From the NCBI RefSeq assembly GCF_057098645.1, contig NZ_CM169472.1: a DNA stretch of 64,000 bases. One strand, given 5' to 3'. This document shows positions 1 through 11,709 of this stretch, one piece after another (the stretch's first letter is position 1; each line of letters opens with the position of its first letter). The translations under genes and the position numbers were made by a program. The notes beneath the pieces are model-generated. The model did no database searches. It was not told the DNA's origin and worked only from the letters and a program-made list of their open reading frames with translations.

Positions 1-133
1 TCTTTGAAGAAGCGCCACAAGCCTATAAATCGGCTGAAAGCGTGGTGCAATGTCTGGTGCAGGCCGGATTAATTATTCCTGTCGCGCGGCTGCGTCCGGT
101 GCTAACGCTCAAAAACAGTGGAGGGAAAAAAGG

Positions 134-748
134 ATGATCTTGCTACAACTCTCCTCTGCTCAGGGGCCGGAAGAATGTTGTCTCGCAGTGAAAAAGGCGC
201 TGGACAGGCTGATTAAAGAAGCTGCTCGACAAGACGTCGTGGTAACAGTGCTGGAAACAGAAACAGGTCGTTACTCTGACACGCTGCGTTCGGCGCTGAT
301 TTCTCTGGATGGCGACAACGCATGGGCGTTAAGCGAAAGTTGGTGCGGCACTATTCAGTGGATTTGTCCGAGTCCGTATCGGCCTCATCATGGGCGCAAA
401 AACTGGTTTCTGGGCATTGGGCGTTTTACCGCTGATGAGCAGGAGCAATCCGATGCGATCCGGTATGAGACGCTGCGTTCGTCGGGGCCGGGTGGTCAAC
501 ATGTCAATAAAACCGACTCGGCGGTACGCGCCACGCATTTGGCATCCGGTATTAGCGTGAAGGTTCAGTCAGAACGCAGTCAGCATGCTAACAAGCGGCT
601 GGCACGATTGCTGATTGCCTGGAAGCTGGAGCAACAGCAACAGGAAAATAGCGCAGTGCGGAAATCGCAGCGGCGAATGTTCCATCACCAGATTGAACGT
701 GGCAACCCGCGACGAACGTTCACAGGGATGGCTTTTATCGAAGGATAA
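134..748 (+). CDS. prfH: Peptide chain release factor homolog PrfH (204 aa), start taken at MILLQLSS within the longer ORF
   Basis: ORF track 50..748; translation contains the GGQ peptidyl-hydrolase motif ([15 protein letters not shown]) and matches the PrfH N-terminus from the internal ATG at 134. Confidence 0.8.
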   Translation: MILLQLSSAQGPEECCLAVKKALDRLIKEAARQDVVVTVLETETGRYSDTLRSALISLDGDNAWALSESWCGTIQWICPSPYRPHHGRKNWFLGIGRFTADEQEQSDAIRYETLRSSGPGGQHVNKTDSAVRATHLASGISVKVQSERSQHANKRLARLLIAWKLEQQQQENSAVRKSQRRMFHHQIERGNPRRTFTGMAFIEG

Positions 749-770
749 TGAAGGATGAAACTGCCGGAAG

Positions 771-801
771 GCGATTAAACGCCATCCGGCAGCAAATCAA
801 A
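771..801. terminator. Imperfect hairpin between convergent prfH and pepD, putative bidirectional terminator
   Basis: ctgccggaaggcg ... cgccatccggcag inverted repeat (one mismatch) seen directly between the two stop codons. Confidence 0.4.
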
Positions 802-804
802 TAA

Positions 805-2262
805 TTACTTCGCCGGAATTTCTTTCAGCAGTTCAGTCAGCAGTGTCCAGTAATGAGCTACGCTTTCGATGTGAACTTGCTCATCCGGAGAGTGTGGACC
901 GGTGATTGTTGGCCCGATAGAAACCATGTCCATTTCCGGATACGGTTTTTTGAACAGACCACATTCCAGGCCCGCGTGGATAATCTGGATGTTCGGCGTC
1001 TTGTTGAACAGGCGCTGATAGGTTTCACGTACCAGATGCATCACCGGAGAATTAGCGTCCGGCTGCCAGCCAGGATATGCGCCTTTTGCTTCGGTTTTCG
1101 CGCCAGCCAGTTTACCCAGCGAATCCAGCATGCTCACCACGTAGTCTTTACCGCTGTCGATCAGAGAACGGATCAGGCAGTGAATTTCTACGTTATTGTC
1201 AGTCATGGTCACCACACCGACGTTCAGGGAGGTTTCGACCACACCTTTTGCCACGTCGGAATTGCGGATCACACCGTTCGGGGTGGCGTTCAGCAGACGA
1301 ATAAAGGTATCGCGAGATTTCGCAATCAGGGCAGCTTTATCGTTCGCTACAGAGTCCAGCAACAAGGCCAGATTTTTCTCTTTCTCTGCCAGCTCGTTTT
1401 TCAGGATCTCCTGATAGGTATTCACCAGAGATTTCAGGGCGTCGACTTTATCAGCTGCGACAGCAATGGTCGCAAAGGCTTCACGCGGGATGGCGTTACG
1501 CAGTGTGCCGCCGTTGAAATCAATAAGACGCAGATCCAGTTCTTCTGCATGACCCGCCAGGAAGCGCACCAGCAGTTTGTTGGCATTACCCAGGCCAACG
1601 TGGATTTCACCGCCGGAGTGACCGCCTTTCAGACCTTTTAAGGTTAACTTGAAGGTTTCAAAACCAGCTGGAACCGCTTCACGATCTAAATGCAGGTTGG
1701 AGGTGAAGTCGATACCCCCCGCACAACCCATGTAGATTTCACCTTCTTCTTCGGAGTCGGTGTTAATCAGAATATCAGCCTGCAACCAGTTGCTCTGTAA
1801 GCCGAACGCACCGTCCATACCGGCTTCTTCGGTCATGGTCAGCAGCACTTCCAGCGGGCCGTGAACCACGTTTTCGTCAGCCAGAACCGCCAGCGCAGAG
1901 GCCATACCAATGCCGTTATCCGCACCCAGTGTGGTGCCGCGCGCTTTAACCCATTCGCCATCAATATAAGGCTGGATAGGATCTTTCGTGAAGTCATGCA
2001 CGGTGTCGTTATTTTTCTGCGGCACCATATCGAGGTGGGCCTGTAAGACGACCGGTTTACGATTTTCCATACCTGCTGTAGCAGGTTTACGAATCAGGAT
2101 ATTACCTACCTGATCGCGTTCGACATGGAAACCTTTCTCTTTTGCCCAACCAACAATGTATTCAGCGAGTTGCTCTTCATGATAGGACGGGTGAGGAATA
2201 GAACAGATTTTGGCAAAAATATCCCACAGCGGTTGTGGAGATAATTGAGACAGTTCAGACAC
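805..2262 (-). CDS. pepD: Cytosol non-specific dipeptidase / aminoacyl-histidine dipeptidase PepD (485 aa)
   Basis: ORF track 805..2262; full-length match to E. coli PepD (MSELSQLSPQPLWDIFAKICSIPHPSYHEEQLAEY...). Confidence 0.95.
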   Translation of the reverse strand: MSELSQLSPQPLWDIFAKICSIPHPSYHEEQLAEYIVGWAKEKGFHVERDQVGNILIRKPATAGMENRKPVVLQAHLDMVPQKNNDTVHDFTKDPIQPYIDGEWVKARGTTLGADNGIGMASALAVLADENVVHGPLEVLLTMTEEAGMDGAFGLQSNWLQADILINTDSEEEGEIYMGCAGGIDFTSNLHLDREAVPAGFETFKLTLKGLKGGHSGGEIHVGLGNANKLLVRFLAGHAEELDLRLIDFNGGTLRNAIPREAFATIAVAADKVDALKSLVNTYQEILKNELAEKEKNLALLLDSVANDKAALIAKSRDTFIRLLNATPNGVIRNSDVAKGVVETSLNVGVVTMTDNNVEIHCLIRSLIDSGKDYVVSMLDSLGKLAGAKTEAKGAYPGWQPDANSPVMHLVRETYQRLFNKTPNIQIIHAGLECGLFKKPYPEMDMVSIGPTITGPHSPDEQVHIESVAHYWTLLTELLKEIPAK

Positions 2263-2522
2263 GTTAAGTCTCCTTGTCGATCACCCGCAAAACAGTATTG
2301 CAGGTCACAGGGTTAGCAGAAAATGTTGTCAACACAAGACAGGCTTGCGAGATATGTTTGAGAATACCACTTTATCCCGCGTCAGGGAGAGGCAGTGCGT
2401 AAAAAGACGCGGACTCATGTGAAATACTGGTTTTTAGTGCGCCAGATCTCTATAATCTCGCGCAACCTATTTTCCCCTCGAACACTTTTTAAGCCGTAGA
2501 TAAACAGGCTGGGACACTTCAC

Positions 2523-2981
2523 ATGAGCGAAAAATACATCGTCACCTGGGACATGTTGCAGATCCATGCACGTAAACTCGCAAGCCGACTGATGCCTTCT
2601 GAACAATGGAAAGGCATTATTGCCGTAAGCCGTGGCGGTCTGGTACCGGGTGCGTTACTGGCGCGTGAACTGGGTATTCGTCATGTCGATACCGTTTGTA
2701 TTTCCAGCTACGATCACGACAACCAGCGCGAGCTTAAAGTGCTGAAACGCGCAGAAGGCGATGGCGAAGGCTTCATCGTTATTGATGACCTGGTGGATAC
2801 CGGTGGTACTGCGGTTGCGATTCGTGAAATGTATCCAAAAGCGCACTTTGTCACCATCTTTGCAAAACCGGCTGGTCGTCCGCTGGTTGATGATTATGTT
2901 GTTGATATCCCGCAAGATACCTGGATCGAACAGCCGTGGGATATGGGCGTCGTATTCGTCCCGCCAATCTCCGGTCGCTAA
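2523..2981 (+). CDS. gpt: Xanthine-guanine phosphoribosyltransferase (152 aa)
   Basis: ORF track; [23 protein letters not shown]... with PRPP-binding motif [11 protein letters not shown]. Confidence 0.95.
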
Positions 2982-2988
2982 TCTTTTC

Positions 2989-3020
2989 AACGCCTGGCAT
3001 TGCCGGGCGTTGTTCTTTTT
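2989..3020 (+). terminator. Rho-independent terminator downstream of gpt
   Basis: GC hairpin aacgcctggca/tgccgggcgtt followed by ttgttcttttt. Confidence 0.5.
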
Positions 3021-3072
3021 AACTTCAGGCAGGTTACAATAGTTTCCAGTAAGTATTCTGGAGGCTGCATCC

Positions 3073-4317
3073 ATGACACAGGCAAACCTGAGCGAAACCC
3101 TGTTCAAACCCCGCTTTAAACATCCTGAAACCTCGACGCTAGTCCGCCGCTTTAATCACGGCGCACAACCGCCTGTGCAGTCGGCCCTTGATGGTAAAAC
3201 CATCCCTCACTGGTATCGCATGATTAACCGTCTGATGTGGATCTGGCGCGGCATTGACCCACGCGAAATCCTCGACGTCCAGGCGCGTATTGTGATGAGC
3301 GATGCCGAACGTACCGACGATGATTTATACGATACGGTAATTGGCTACCGCGGCGGCAACTGGATTTATGAGTGGGCCACCCAGGCGATGGTGTGGCAAC
3401 AAAAAGCCTGTGCGGAAGAAGATCCGCAACTCAGTGGTCGTCACTGGCTGCATGCGGCTACGTTGTACAACATTGCCGCCTATCCTCATCTGAAAGGAGA
3501 TGACCTGGCCGAGCAAGCGCAGGCTTTGTCAAACCGCGCCTATGAAGAGGCCGCTCAGCGTCTGCCGGGCACGATGCGGCAGATGGAGTTTACCGTACCC
3601 GGCGGTGCGCCCATCACCGGCTTTTTGCATATGCCAAAAGGTGATGGCCCGTTTCCAACGGTTCTTATGTGCGGTGGCCTGGATGCAATGCAAACGGATA
3701 ACTACAGCCTGTATGAGCGATATTTTGCGCCACGTGGCATTGCAATGTTGACCATTGATATGCCCTCGGTGGGGTTTTCGTCAAAATGGAAGTTAACGCA
3801 GGATTCCAGCATGCTGCACCAGCATGTATTAAAAGCGCTGCCTAACGTACCGTGGGTGGATCACACTCGCGTCGCGGCCTTTGGTTTCCGTTTCGGCGCT
3901 AACGTTGCCGTGCGTCTGGCATACCTTGAATCGCCGCGTCTGAAAGCGGTTGCCTGTCTTGGTCCGGTAGTTCATACCCTGTTGAGTGATTTTAAGTGCC
4001 AGCAACAGGTGCCGGAAATGTATCTTGACGTTCTGGCCAGTCGTTTGGGGATGCATGATGCTTCCGACGAAGCGTTGCGTGTTGAGCTGAATCGCTACTC
4101 ATTAAAAGTGCAAGGATTGCTGGGGCGTCGTTGCCCAACGCCAATGTTATCAGGCTACTGGAAGAACGATCCGTTTAGCCCGGAAGAGGATTCACGTTTA
4201 ATCACGTCGTCATCTGCTGATGGTAAATTATTAGAGATTCCGTTTAACCCCGTGTATCGGAATTTTGACAAGGCGCTTCAGGAAATCACTAACTGGATCG
4301 AAAAGCGATTGTGTTAA
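3073..4317 (+). CDS. frsA: Esterase FrsA (fermentation/respiration switch protein, 414 aa)
   Basis: ORF track; [27 protein letters not shown]... alpha/beta hydrolase family, full length. Confidence 0.95.
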   Translation: MTQANLSETLFKPRFKHPETSTLVRRFNHGAQPPVQSALDGKTIPHWYRMINRLMWIWRGIDPREILDVQARIVMSDAERTDDDLYDTVIGYRGGNWIYEWATQAMVWQQKACAEEDPQLSGRHWLHAATLYNIAAYPHLKGDDLAEQAQALSNRAYEEAAQRLPGTMRQMEFTVPGGAPITGFLHMPKGDGPFPTVLMCGGLDAMQTDNYSLYERYFAPRGIAMLTIDMPSVGFSSKWKLTQDSSMLHQHVLKALPNVPWVDHTRVAAFGFRFGANVAVRLAYLESPRLKAVACLGPVVHTLLSDFKCQQQVPEMYLDVLASRLGMHDASDEALRVELNRYSLKVQGLLGRRCPTPMLSGYWKNDPFSPEEDSRLITSSSADGKLLEIPFNPVYRNFDKALQEITNWIEKRLC

Positions 4318-4776
<459 letters not shown>

Positions 4777-4784
4777 ATGAAATG

Positions 4785-4807
4785 TGCCGGATGCATCACA
4801 TCCGGCA
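4785..4807. terminator. Hairpin between convergent crl and phoE, putative bidirectional terminator
   Basis: tgccggatg catcac atccggca inverted repeat between the two stop codons. Confidence 0.4.
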
Positions 4808-4814
4808 ATATTCA

Positions 4815-5870
4815 TTAAAATTGATAGGTCATGCCAACCGCGACAATATCATCATTATTGATATTCAGCTTATTATCGCTATTCAGTTGGTTTATTTTAT
4901 AATCAACAAATGCTGACATATTTTTGTTGAAATAATACGTGGCACCGACATCAATATAATTGACCAGATCTTCATCACCGATGCCCTCAATATCTTTCCC
5001 TTTCGATAAGACATAACCCAGCGACGGACGCAGACCAAAGTCAAACTGGTATTGAGCAACCGCTTCAAAGTTCTGTGTCTTATTAGCAAAACCACCAGAT
5101 ATTGGCGTCATTTTACGTGTTTCAGAATAAAAAGTTGCCAGATAAATATTATTGGCATCGTATTTCAGACCTGTTGCCCACGCTTCTGCACGCTTACCTG
5201 TGCCACGGCTTTGCATGTTCTGCTCGTTGGTGCGATCAGAGTTGGTATAGGCACCACTGATAGCGAAATCGCTGCCGCCAAAGTCATATGTCAATGACGT
5301 GCCGAAGCCATCGCCGTTTTGCTTTTTCACATCGCGGTTTTCGTTTTTCCCTTGATATTGCAGGGTTAAGTTCAGACCATCGATAACGCCGAAGAAGTCG
5401 GTGTTCCGATACGTCGCCAGACCGCTGGCGCGTTTGGTCATAAAGTTGTCGGTCTGCGCCGAGGAGTCGCCACCAAATTCCGGGAACATATCGGTCCAGG
5501 CCTCCACGTCATACAGCGCGCCCAGGTTACGACCATAGTCGAAAGAACCCAAATCTTTATATTTCAATCCGGCGAAAGCGAGACGCGTTTTTTGCTGTGC
5601 AGTATCACTCTCCGCTTTATTCCCGGCAAACTCCGCTTCCCAACGACCATAACCAGTCAGTTGATCGTTAATTTGTGTTTCGCCTTTAAAACCAAAACGG
5701 ATATAACTCTGGTCGCCATCTTTACTGTCATTATCACTCATATAATGCATGGCTTTAACTTTGCCATAGATATCCAGTTTATTACCGTCTTTGTTATATA
5801 TTTCTGCGGCCTGTACGGATGCAGATGCCACAATGCCCATCACCACTAATGCCAGAGTGCTCTTTTTCAT
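4815..5870 (-). CDS. phoE: Outer membrane phosphoporin PhoE (351 aa precursor); start at MKKSTLAL, 2 codons inside the track ORF
   Basis: ORF track 4815..5876; signal peptide plus porin sequence [22 protein letters not shown]..., C-terminal ...VAVGMTYQF. Confidence 0.95.
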   Translation of the reverse strand: MKKSTLALVVMGIVASASVQAAEIYNKDGNKLDIYGKVKAMHYMSDNDSKDGDQSYIRFGFKGETQINDQLTGYGRWEAEFAGNKAESDTAQQKTRLAFAGLKYKDLGSFDYGRNLGALYDVEAWTDMFPEFGGDSSAQTDNFMTKRASGLATYRNTDFFGVIDGLNLTLQYQGKNENRDVKKQNGDGFGTSLTYDFGGSDFAISGAYTNSDRTNEQNMQSRGTGKRAEAWATGLKYDANNIYLATFYSETRKMTPISGGFANKTQNFEAVAQYQFDFGLRPSLGYVLSKGKDIEGIGDEDLVNYIDVGATYYFNKNMSAFVDYKINQLNSDNKLNINNDDIVAVGMTYQF

Positions 5871-5942
5871 TTTCATTCCTGATTTTAATTAACGCGCGGA
5901 TATTCAGCGGGAGAGCCCCGTTGAAAACAGGAAAGTTTTTAA

Positions 5943-5969
5943 CCTGAGATTGTTAAAGATATATTACAG
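5943..5969 (-). promoter_or_regulatory. Pho box (PhoB binding site) in the phoE promoter
   Basis: Minus-strand sequence CTGTAATATATCTTTAACAATCTCAGG lies about 75-100 bp upstream of the phoE ATG; recalled as the phoE Pho box, with CTGT-type repeats. Confidence 0.5.
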
Positions 5970-6157
5970 ATTAATGATATTCTTAAAATGTGGTAATTTA
6001 TTAAATCTGTAATAAAAGCGTAAACAACTGCCGCTAGGCTTGCTGATCCCGCGCAACAAAACGCCATGCTTTGCTCGCAGATGGTTGGCAACCGACGACA
6101 GTCCTGCTAAAACGTTCGTTTGATATCATTTTTCCTAAAATTGAATGGCAGAGAATC

Positions 6158-7261
6158 ATGAGTGACAGCCAGACGCTGGTGGTAAAACTCGGCACCAGTG
6201 TGCTAACAGGCGGATCGCGCCGCCTGAACCGTGCCCATATCGTTGAACTTGTTCGCCAGTGCGCGCAGTTACATGCCGCCGGGCATCGGATTGTTATTGT
6301 GACGTCGGGCGCGATCGCCGCCGGACGTGAGCACCTGGGTTACCCGGAACTGCCAGCGACTATCGCCTCGAAACAACTGCTGGCGGCGGTAGGGCAGAGT
6401 CGACTGATTCAACTGTGGGAACAGCTGTTTTCGATTTATGGCATTCACGTCGGGCAAATGCTGCTGACTCGTGCTGATATGGAAGATCGTGAACGCTTCC
6501 TGAACGCCCGCGATACCCTGCGTGCGCTGCTCGATAACAATATCGTTCCGGTAATTAATGAGAACGATGCTGTCGCTACGACAGAGATTAAAGTCGGCGA
6601 TAACGACAACCTTTCTGCACTGGCGGCGATTCTGGCGGGTGCCGATAAACTGTTGCTGCTGACCGATCAAAAAGGTTTGTATACCGCTGACCCGCGCAGC
6701 AATCCGCAGGCAGAACTGATTAAAGATGTTTACGGCATTGATGACGCACTGCGCGCGATTGCCGGTGACAGCGTTTCAGGCCTCGGAACTGGCGGCATGA
6801 GTACCAAATTGCAGGCCGCGGACGTGGCTTGCCGTGCGGGTATCGACACCATTATTGCCGCGGGCAGCAAGCCGGGCGTTATTGGTGATGTGATGGAAGG
6901 CATTTCCGTCGGTACGCTGTTCCATGCCCAGGCGACTCCGCTTGAAAACCGTAAACGCTGGATTTTCGGTGCGCCGCCTGCGGGTGAAATCACGGTAGAT
7001 GAAGGGGCAACCGCCGCCATTCTTGAACGCGGCAGCTCCCTGTTGCCGAAAGGCATCAAAAGCGTGACTGGCAATTTCTCGCGTGGTGAAGTCATCCGCA
7101 TTTGCAACCTCGAAGGTCGCGATATCGCCCACGGCGTCAGTCGTTACAACAGCGATGCATTACGCCGTATTGCCGGACACCACTCGCAAGAAATTGATGC
7201 AATACTGGGATATGAATACGGCCCGGTTGCCGTTCACCGTGATGACATGATTACCCGTTAA
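6158..7261 (+). CDS. proB: Glutamate 5-kinase ProB (367 aa); start at [16 protein letters not shown]
   Basis: ORF track 6071..7261 trimmed to internal ATG matching the ProB N-terminus; amino acid kinase plus PUA domain. Confidence 0.95.
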   Translation: MSDSQTLVVKLGTSVLTGGSRRLNRAHIVELVRQCAQLHAAGHRIVIVTSGAIAAGREHLGYPELPATIASKQLLAAVGQSRLIQLWEQLFSIYGIHVGQMLLTRADMEDRERFLNARDTLRALLDNNIVPVINENDAVATTEIKVGDNDNLSALAAILAGADKLLLLTDQKGLYTADPRSNPQAELIKDVYGIDDALRAIAGDSVSGLGTGGMSTKLQAADVACRAGIDTIIAAGSKPGVIGDVMEGISVGTLFHAQATPLENRKRWIFGAPPAGEITVDEGATAAILERGSSLLPKGIKSVTGNFSRGEVIRICNLEGRDIAHGVSRYNSDALRRIAGHHSQEIDAILGYEYGPVAVHRDDMITR

Positions 7262-7272
7262 GGAGCAGGCTG

Positions 7273-8526
7273 ATGCTGGAACAAATGGGCATTGCCGCGA
7301 AGCAAGCCTCGTATAAATTAGCGCAACTCTCCAGCCGCGAAAAAAATCGCGTGCTGGAAAAAATCGCCGATGAACTGGAAGCACAAAGCGAAATCATCCT
7401 CAACGCTAACGCCAAGGATGTTGCTGACGCGCGTGCCAATGGCCTCAGCGAAGCGATGCTTGACCGTCTGGCACTGACGCCCGCACGGCTGAAAGGCATT
7501 GCCGACGATGTACGTCAGGTGTGCAACCTCGCCGATCCGGTGGGGCAGGTAATCGATGGCGGCGTACTGGACAGCGGCCTGCGTCTTGAGCGTCGTCGCG
7601 TACCGCTGGGGGTTATTGGCGTGATTTATGAAGCGCGTCCGAACGTGACGGTTGATGTCGCTTCGCTGTGCCTGAAAACCGGTAACGCGGTGATCCTGCG
7701 TGGAGGCAAAGAAACCTGTCGCACTAACGCGGCAACGGTGGCGGTGATTCAGGACGCCCTGAAATCCTGTGGCTTACCGGCGGGTGCCGTGCAGGCGATT
7801 GATAATCCTGACCGTGCGCTGGTCAGTGAAATGCTGCGTATGGATAAATACATCGACATGCTGATCCCGCGCGGCGGGGCTGGTTTGCATAAACTGTGCC
7901 GCGAACAGTCGACGATCCCGGTGATCACAGGTGGTATAGGCGTATGCCATATTTACGTTGATGAAAGTGCAGAGATCGCTGAAGCATTAAAAGTGATCGT
8001 CAATGCGAAAACTCAGCGTCCGAGCACATGTAATACGGTAGAAACGTTGCTGGTGAATAAAAACCTCGCCGATAGCTTCCTGCCCGCATTAAGCAAACAA
8101 ATGGCGGAAAGCGGCGTGACATTACACGCAGATGCAGCTGCGCTGGCGCAGTTGCAGACAGGCCCCGCGAAGGTGGTGGCTGTTAAAGCCGAAGAGTATG
8201 ACGATGAGTTTCTGTCATTAGATTTGAACGTCAAAATCGTCAGCGATCTTGACGATGCCATCGCCCATATTCGTGAACACGGCACACAACACTCCGATGC
8301 GATCCTGACCCGCGATATGCGCAACGCCCAGCGTTTTGTTAACGAAGTGGATTCGTCCGCTGTTTACGTTAACGCCTCTACGCGTTTTACCGACGGCGGC
8401 CAGTTTGGACTGGGTGCAGAAGTGGCGGTAAGTACACAAAAACTCCACGCGCGTGGCCCAATGGGGCTGGAAGCACTGACCACTTACAAGTGGATCGGCA
8501 TTGGTGATTACACCATTCGTGCGTAG
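7273..8526 (+). CDS. proA: Gamma-glutamyl phosphate reductase ProA (417 aa)
   Basis: ORF track; [38 protein letters not shown]...; 12-bp spacing after proB, operon arrangement. Confidence 0.95.
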   Translation: MLEQMGIAAKQASYKLAQLSSREKNRVLEKIADELEAQSEIILNANAKDVADARANGLSEAMLDRLALTPARLKGIADDVRQVCNLADPVGQVIDGGVLDSGLRLERRRVPLGVIGVIYEARPNVTVDVASLCLKTGNAVILRGGKETCRTNAATVAVIQDALKSCGLPAGAVQAIDNPDRALVSEMLRMDKYIDMLIPRGGAGLHKLCREQSTIPVITGGIGVCHIYVDESAEIAEALKVIVNAKTQRPSTCNTVETLLVNKNLADSFLPALSKQMAESGVTLHADAAALAQLQTGPAKVVAVKAEEYDDEFLSLDLNVKIVSDLDDAIAHIREHGTQHSDAILTRDMRNAQRFVNEVDSSAVYVNASTRFTDGGQFGLGAEVAVSTQKLHARGPMGLEALTTYKWIGIGDYTIRA

Positions 8527-8640
8527 ATAAAACCGGGTGATGCAAAAGTAGCCATTTGATTCACAAGGCCATTGACGCATCGCCCGGTTAGTTTTACCCT
8601 TGTCCACCGTGATTCACGTTCGTGAACATGTCCTTTCAGG

Positions 8641-8716
8641 GCCGATATAGCTCAGTTGGTAGAGCAGCGCATTCGTAATGCGAAGGTCGTAGGTTCGACT
8701 CCTATTATCGGCACCA
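8641..8716 (+). tRNA. thrW: tRNA-Thr (anticodon CGU)
   Basis: 76-nt cloverleaf-compatible sequence GCCGATATAGCTCAGTTGGTAGAGCAGCGCATTCGTAATGCG...TCGACTCCTATTATCGGCACCA with CGT anticodon in the loop; sits immediately after proBA as in E. coli. Confidence 0.9.
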
Positions 8717-8843
8717 TTTAAATCAAGTAGTTACTCCATATTTAAATACACCACCTTTTCCTGCTGTGCCGTATTTGTGCCATTGTAACCCTGGCAATTA
8801 ATCAAAATACTGTTCTGACATCAGGCAATACAGGTGCAGACAT

Positions 8844-9743
8844 TTAAGCCAATTGCTGCCGCCATTCCTTGACGTGGTCAATCAGGGCGCGGAGCTTTGG
8901 TGCAATATTGCGACGCTGTGGGAAATACAGATAGAAGCCCGGAAATTGTGGAAGAAAGTCATCAAGCAGAGATACAAGCTTACCGCTTTCAATATATGGC
9001 CTGAAAGTTTCCTGAGTGGCAATTGTTATTCCTCCGCCGGCAAGAGCCAGCCTCAACATCAGACGCAGATCATTAGTCGTAATCTGTGGTTCAATCGCAA
9101 GGTCGAAAGCTCTCCCGTTTTCTTCAAATGGCCAGCGATAAGGCGCAACATCCGGGGATTGACGCCAGCCGATACACTTATGATTCACAAGTTCACGCGG
9201 ATGAACAGGTGTGCTGTTGGCTGCGAGATAGGAGGGAGAGGCAACGACCATTTCACGCTGCCTGCCGGTAAGGGGCACAGCAATCATGTCTTTTTCAATG
9301 ACCTCTCCGAGCCTTACGCCAGCATCGTAACCTGCGGCCACGATATCGAATTCCTCATCCGTTACAACAATATCAAGCGTAACGGCTGGATTGGCAGCTG
9401 CAAACGAAGCGATTAGCGGACCTGAAAGAAATTCTTCTGCTATCGACGTCACCGCGATTCTGAGAAGTCCGCGTGGCACATGGTCAGAAACCATCTCTTC
9501 GAACGCTGCCTCAATACCGGATAAAGGTAATGACAGCGATTTATGCAGCCGTTCTCCCGCTTCTGTCAAATTAACTGAGCGCGTGGTCCGCATTACAAGC
9601 ATTGTCCCGAATGCATCTTCAAGGCGTCTTATTCCCTGACTGACCGCTGAACGGGTAACGCCCAGCCGTGCGGCGGCTTTACTAAAATTACTCTCTTCTG
9701 CTACCGCGATAAAAATGGGTAAAAGATTAAGATCGATTTTCAT
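8844..9743 (-). CDS. LysR-family transcriptional regulator (299 aa)
   Basis: ORF track; N-terminal HTH LNLLPIFIAVAEESNFSKAAARLGVTRSAVSQGIRRLE and LysR substrate-binding domain. Confidence 0.8.
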   Translation of the reverse strand: MKIDLNLLPIFIAVAEESNFSKAAARLGVTRSAVSQGIRRLEDAFGTMLVMRTTRSVNLTEAGERLHKSLSLPLSGIEAAFEEMVSDHVPRGLLRIAVTSIAEEFLSGPLIASFAAANPAVTLDIVVTDEEFDIVAAGYDAGVRLGEVIEKDMIAVPLTGRQREMVVASPSYLAANSTPVHPRELVNHKCIGWRQSPDVAPYRWPFEENGRAFDLAIEPQITTNDLRLMLRLALAGGGITIATQETFRPYIESGKLVSLLDDFLPQFPGFYLYFPQRRNIAPKLRALIDHVKEWRQQLA

Positions 9744-9841
9744 TGTTTAATGCTGCTAACCACTGAGTACATTGAAAGCAGGATACTGGAACCAATCATA
9801 AAGTTCTATTCTCTCTCCGAACACATTTGAAGGAGAACGTA

Positions 9842-10564
9842 ATGGATAAGGTCATATTAATTACCGGCGCATCAAGTGGTATTGGGGAAGGTATTGCCAG
9901 AGAGCTGGGAACGACAGGTGCAAAGGTTTTACTGGGAGCACGCAGAGTTGAGCGTATCGAAGCCATTGCAACCGAAATCTGCCGCGCAGGAGGAATTGCT
10001 AAAGCGCGGGAGTTGGATGTCACAGACCGACAGTCCATGGCCGATTTCGTGCAAGCAGCGCTGGATAGCTGGGGGCGAGTTGATGTTCTTATCAATAATG
10101 CGGGCGTTATGCCGCTTTCACCGCTTGCAGCAGGAAAACAAGATGAATGGGAGCTCACTATTGACGTGAATATCAAAGGTGTACTGTGGGGAATTGGCGC
10201 TGTACTTCCGGTGATGGAAGCACAGGGTTCCGGTCAGATAATCAATCTTGGTTCTATTGGTGCCCTTTCTGTTGTGCCCACAGGCGCAGTCTATTGTGCA
10301 TCAAAATTTGCAGTACGGGCTATTTCTGATGGCTTACGGCAGGAAAGCTCGAAAATCCGTGTGACCTGCGTAAATCCTGGCGTTGTCGAAAGTGAACTGG
10401 CTTCAACCATTACCCATGTGGAAACCATGAAGGCAATGGACGCCTACCGTTCTGTTGCACTTCAACCTGCGGATATTGCCCGTGCGGTAAGGCATATTAT
10501 TGAATCTCCCGAAAGCGTTGATACAACCGAAATTACCATCAGACCCACTGCATCTGCAAACTGA
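9842..10564 (+). CDS. Short-chain dehydrogenase/reductase (SDR) family oxidoreductase; start at MDKVILITG
   Basis: ORF track 9827..10564; Rossmann motif ITGASSGIG and catalytic YCASK; aggag RBS 7 nt upstream of ATG at 9842; divergent from the LysR gene. Confidence 0.8.
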   Translation: MDKVILITGASSGIGEGIARELGTTGAKVLLGARRVERIEAIATEICRAGGIAKARELDVTDRQSMADFVQAALDSWGRVDVLINNAGVMPLSPLAAGKQDEWELTIDVNIKGVLWGIGAVLPVMEAQGSGQIINLGSIGALSVVPTGAVYCASKFAVRAISDGLRQESSKIRVTCVNPGVVESELASTITHVETMKAMDAYRSVALQPADIARAVRHIIESPESVDTTEITIRPTASAN

Positions 10565-10777
10565 AGAATAACTTTTACATTCACGTTTTATTAAATAGAT
10601 CAGAAGGAAGATTTATATATCCCTGTATTTTTCATAGCAAGATGCATTATGTATTGCTCACCCCGAAGGAGATGAAGGTTTAATTACAGAAAGATTATTT
10701 TCACAGGAAGTAAACATGACTCATGTTTAATGCCTTTATATATAAAACTCATTCTCTCAATTGTCAGGAGAATTAGC

Positions 10778-11008
10778 ATGAATACTATCTGTTCTTTAAT
10801 TGTTGTGGTTGCACTGTCTTTATTATCATTCAGTAGCGTCGCCAAAACGATTACTGCCGTCGGTTCAACCATTGACAGCACTGAAAAAGAAATTTCTTTA
10901 CAGGCAGAAAAACAAGGGAAATCATATAAAATTCTGGGCGCGTTTTTTAAGAACAGAGTTTATATGATAGCAAAGTTAACACCAGTCAGTAAAAATGATG
11001 CTTCATAA
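10778..11008 (+). CDS. Small secreted protein, DUF1471 (YdgH/BhsA/McbA)-like, about 76 aa
   Basis: ORF track 10730..11008 trimmed to MNTICSLIVVVALSLLSFSSVA (signal peptide) with aggag RBS; family assignment by resemblance to small periplasmic stress proteins, not verified. Confidence 0.45.
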   Translation: MNTICSLIVVVALSLLSFSSVAKTITAVGSTIDSTEKEISLQAEKQGKSYKILGAFFKNRVYMIAKLTPVSKNDAS

Positions 11009-11214
11009 GGCTCATGGTATAATTTTAAGACATGATCAAGAAGCACGTCTATTGATTCAAAATTATCATTATGATGGCAATGGAATGCCCGACAAATGAC
11101 GCTATACCCACCTTCTGTACCAGTCGTTCTGCTAATTCTACCGATGCTTCGGTCTGGAGTAGTAAAGTAATATTGGACACAGTTTTATTTTCTCTCTTTT
11201 TCGAGGGCTGTATA

Positions 11215-11480
11215 TCAACAGGAAGAATACATCCCTAAGCGGTTAATGCTGGCGTAATCAATAGACCAGCATTAATCACAGATGATTACCAATCAGACAG
11301 AAATGGTTAAATCGTCGAATTCATATTTAATACGTTTTCTTATGCCGCTGAACAGCTTGAAAAGGATGCATATTTTAAATATCAGTGAAATGAACAGTTT
11401 ATTGCCGTTATTAATAGAAATGGAGGGATAAATACGCGTATTCTACTGTTGCAACAAAAACAACGATATTGATCGGTTTT
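11215..11480 (-). repeat. Decayed paralogous copy of the rpmJ2 3' end plus downstream hairpin region plus ykgR-like small ORF (internal deletion), homologous to 29860..30000 and 30680..30767/32100..32140
   Basis: Direct comparison within the window: acaggaaga(a)tacatcc...aatgctgg...attaat...tcgtcgaatt...acgtttt(t)tcttat/acg..ctgaac and ggatgcatattttaaatatca(g/c)tgaa(a/g)tgaacagtttattgccgttattaatagaaatggag are shared by both loci. Confidence 0.55.
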
Positions 11481-11709
11481 CATAATGAAGTAACCTGACA
11501 GATATGAAAATGTTGATTGAGGCTAAATGCCCGGATTAAGGTTGTCGAGGGGAGCCAGGTGGTTTTTTCTTTTGGATGATCTCCATTGCTGGATAGTCCC
11601 CTTGTACAGATAAGTCTGATCTTTCTCGCTCAAAGCAGACCCTGGAATTGAACGCAGAGGGACTACCTGACACAATTTTGCACAGTGAAGAGTCGGTCGT
11701 TATTAACGT

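Noticed and set aside
853-1641. 262-aa plus-strand ORF
   Set aside because: Entirely antisense within pepD; the composition (R/H/F-rich) is typical of a shadow ORF.
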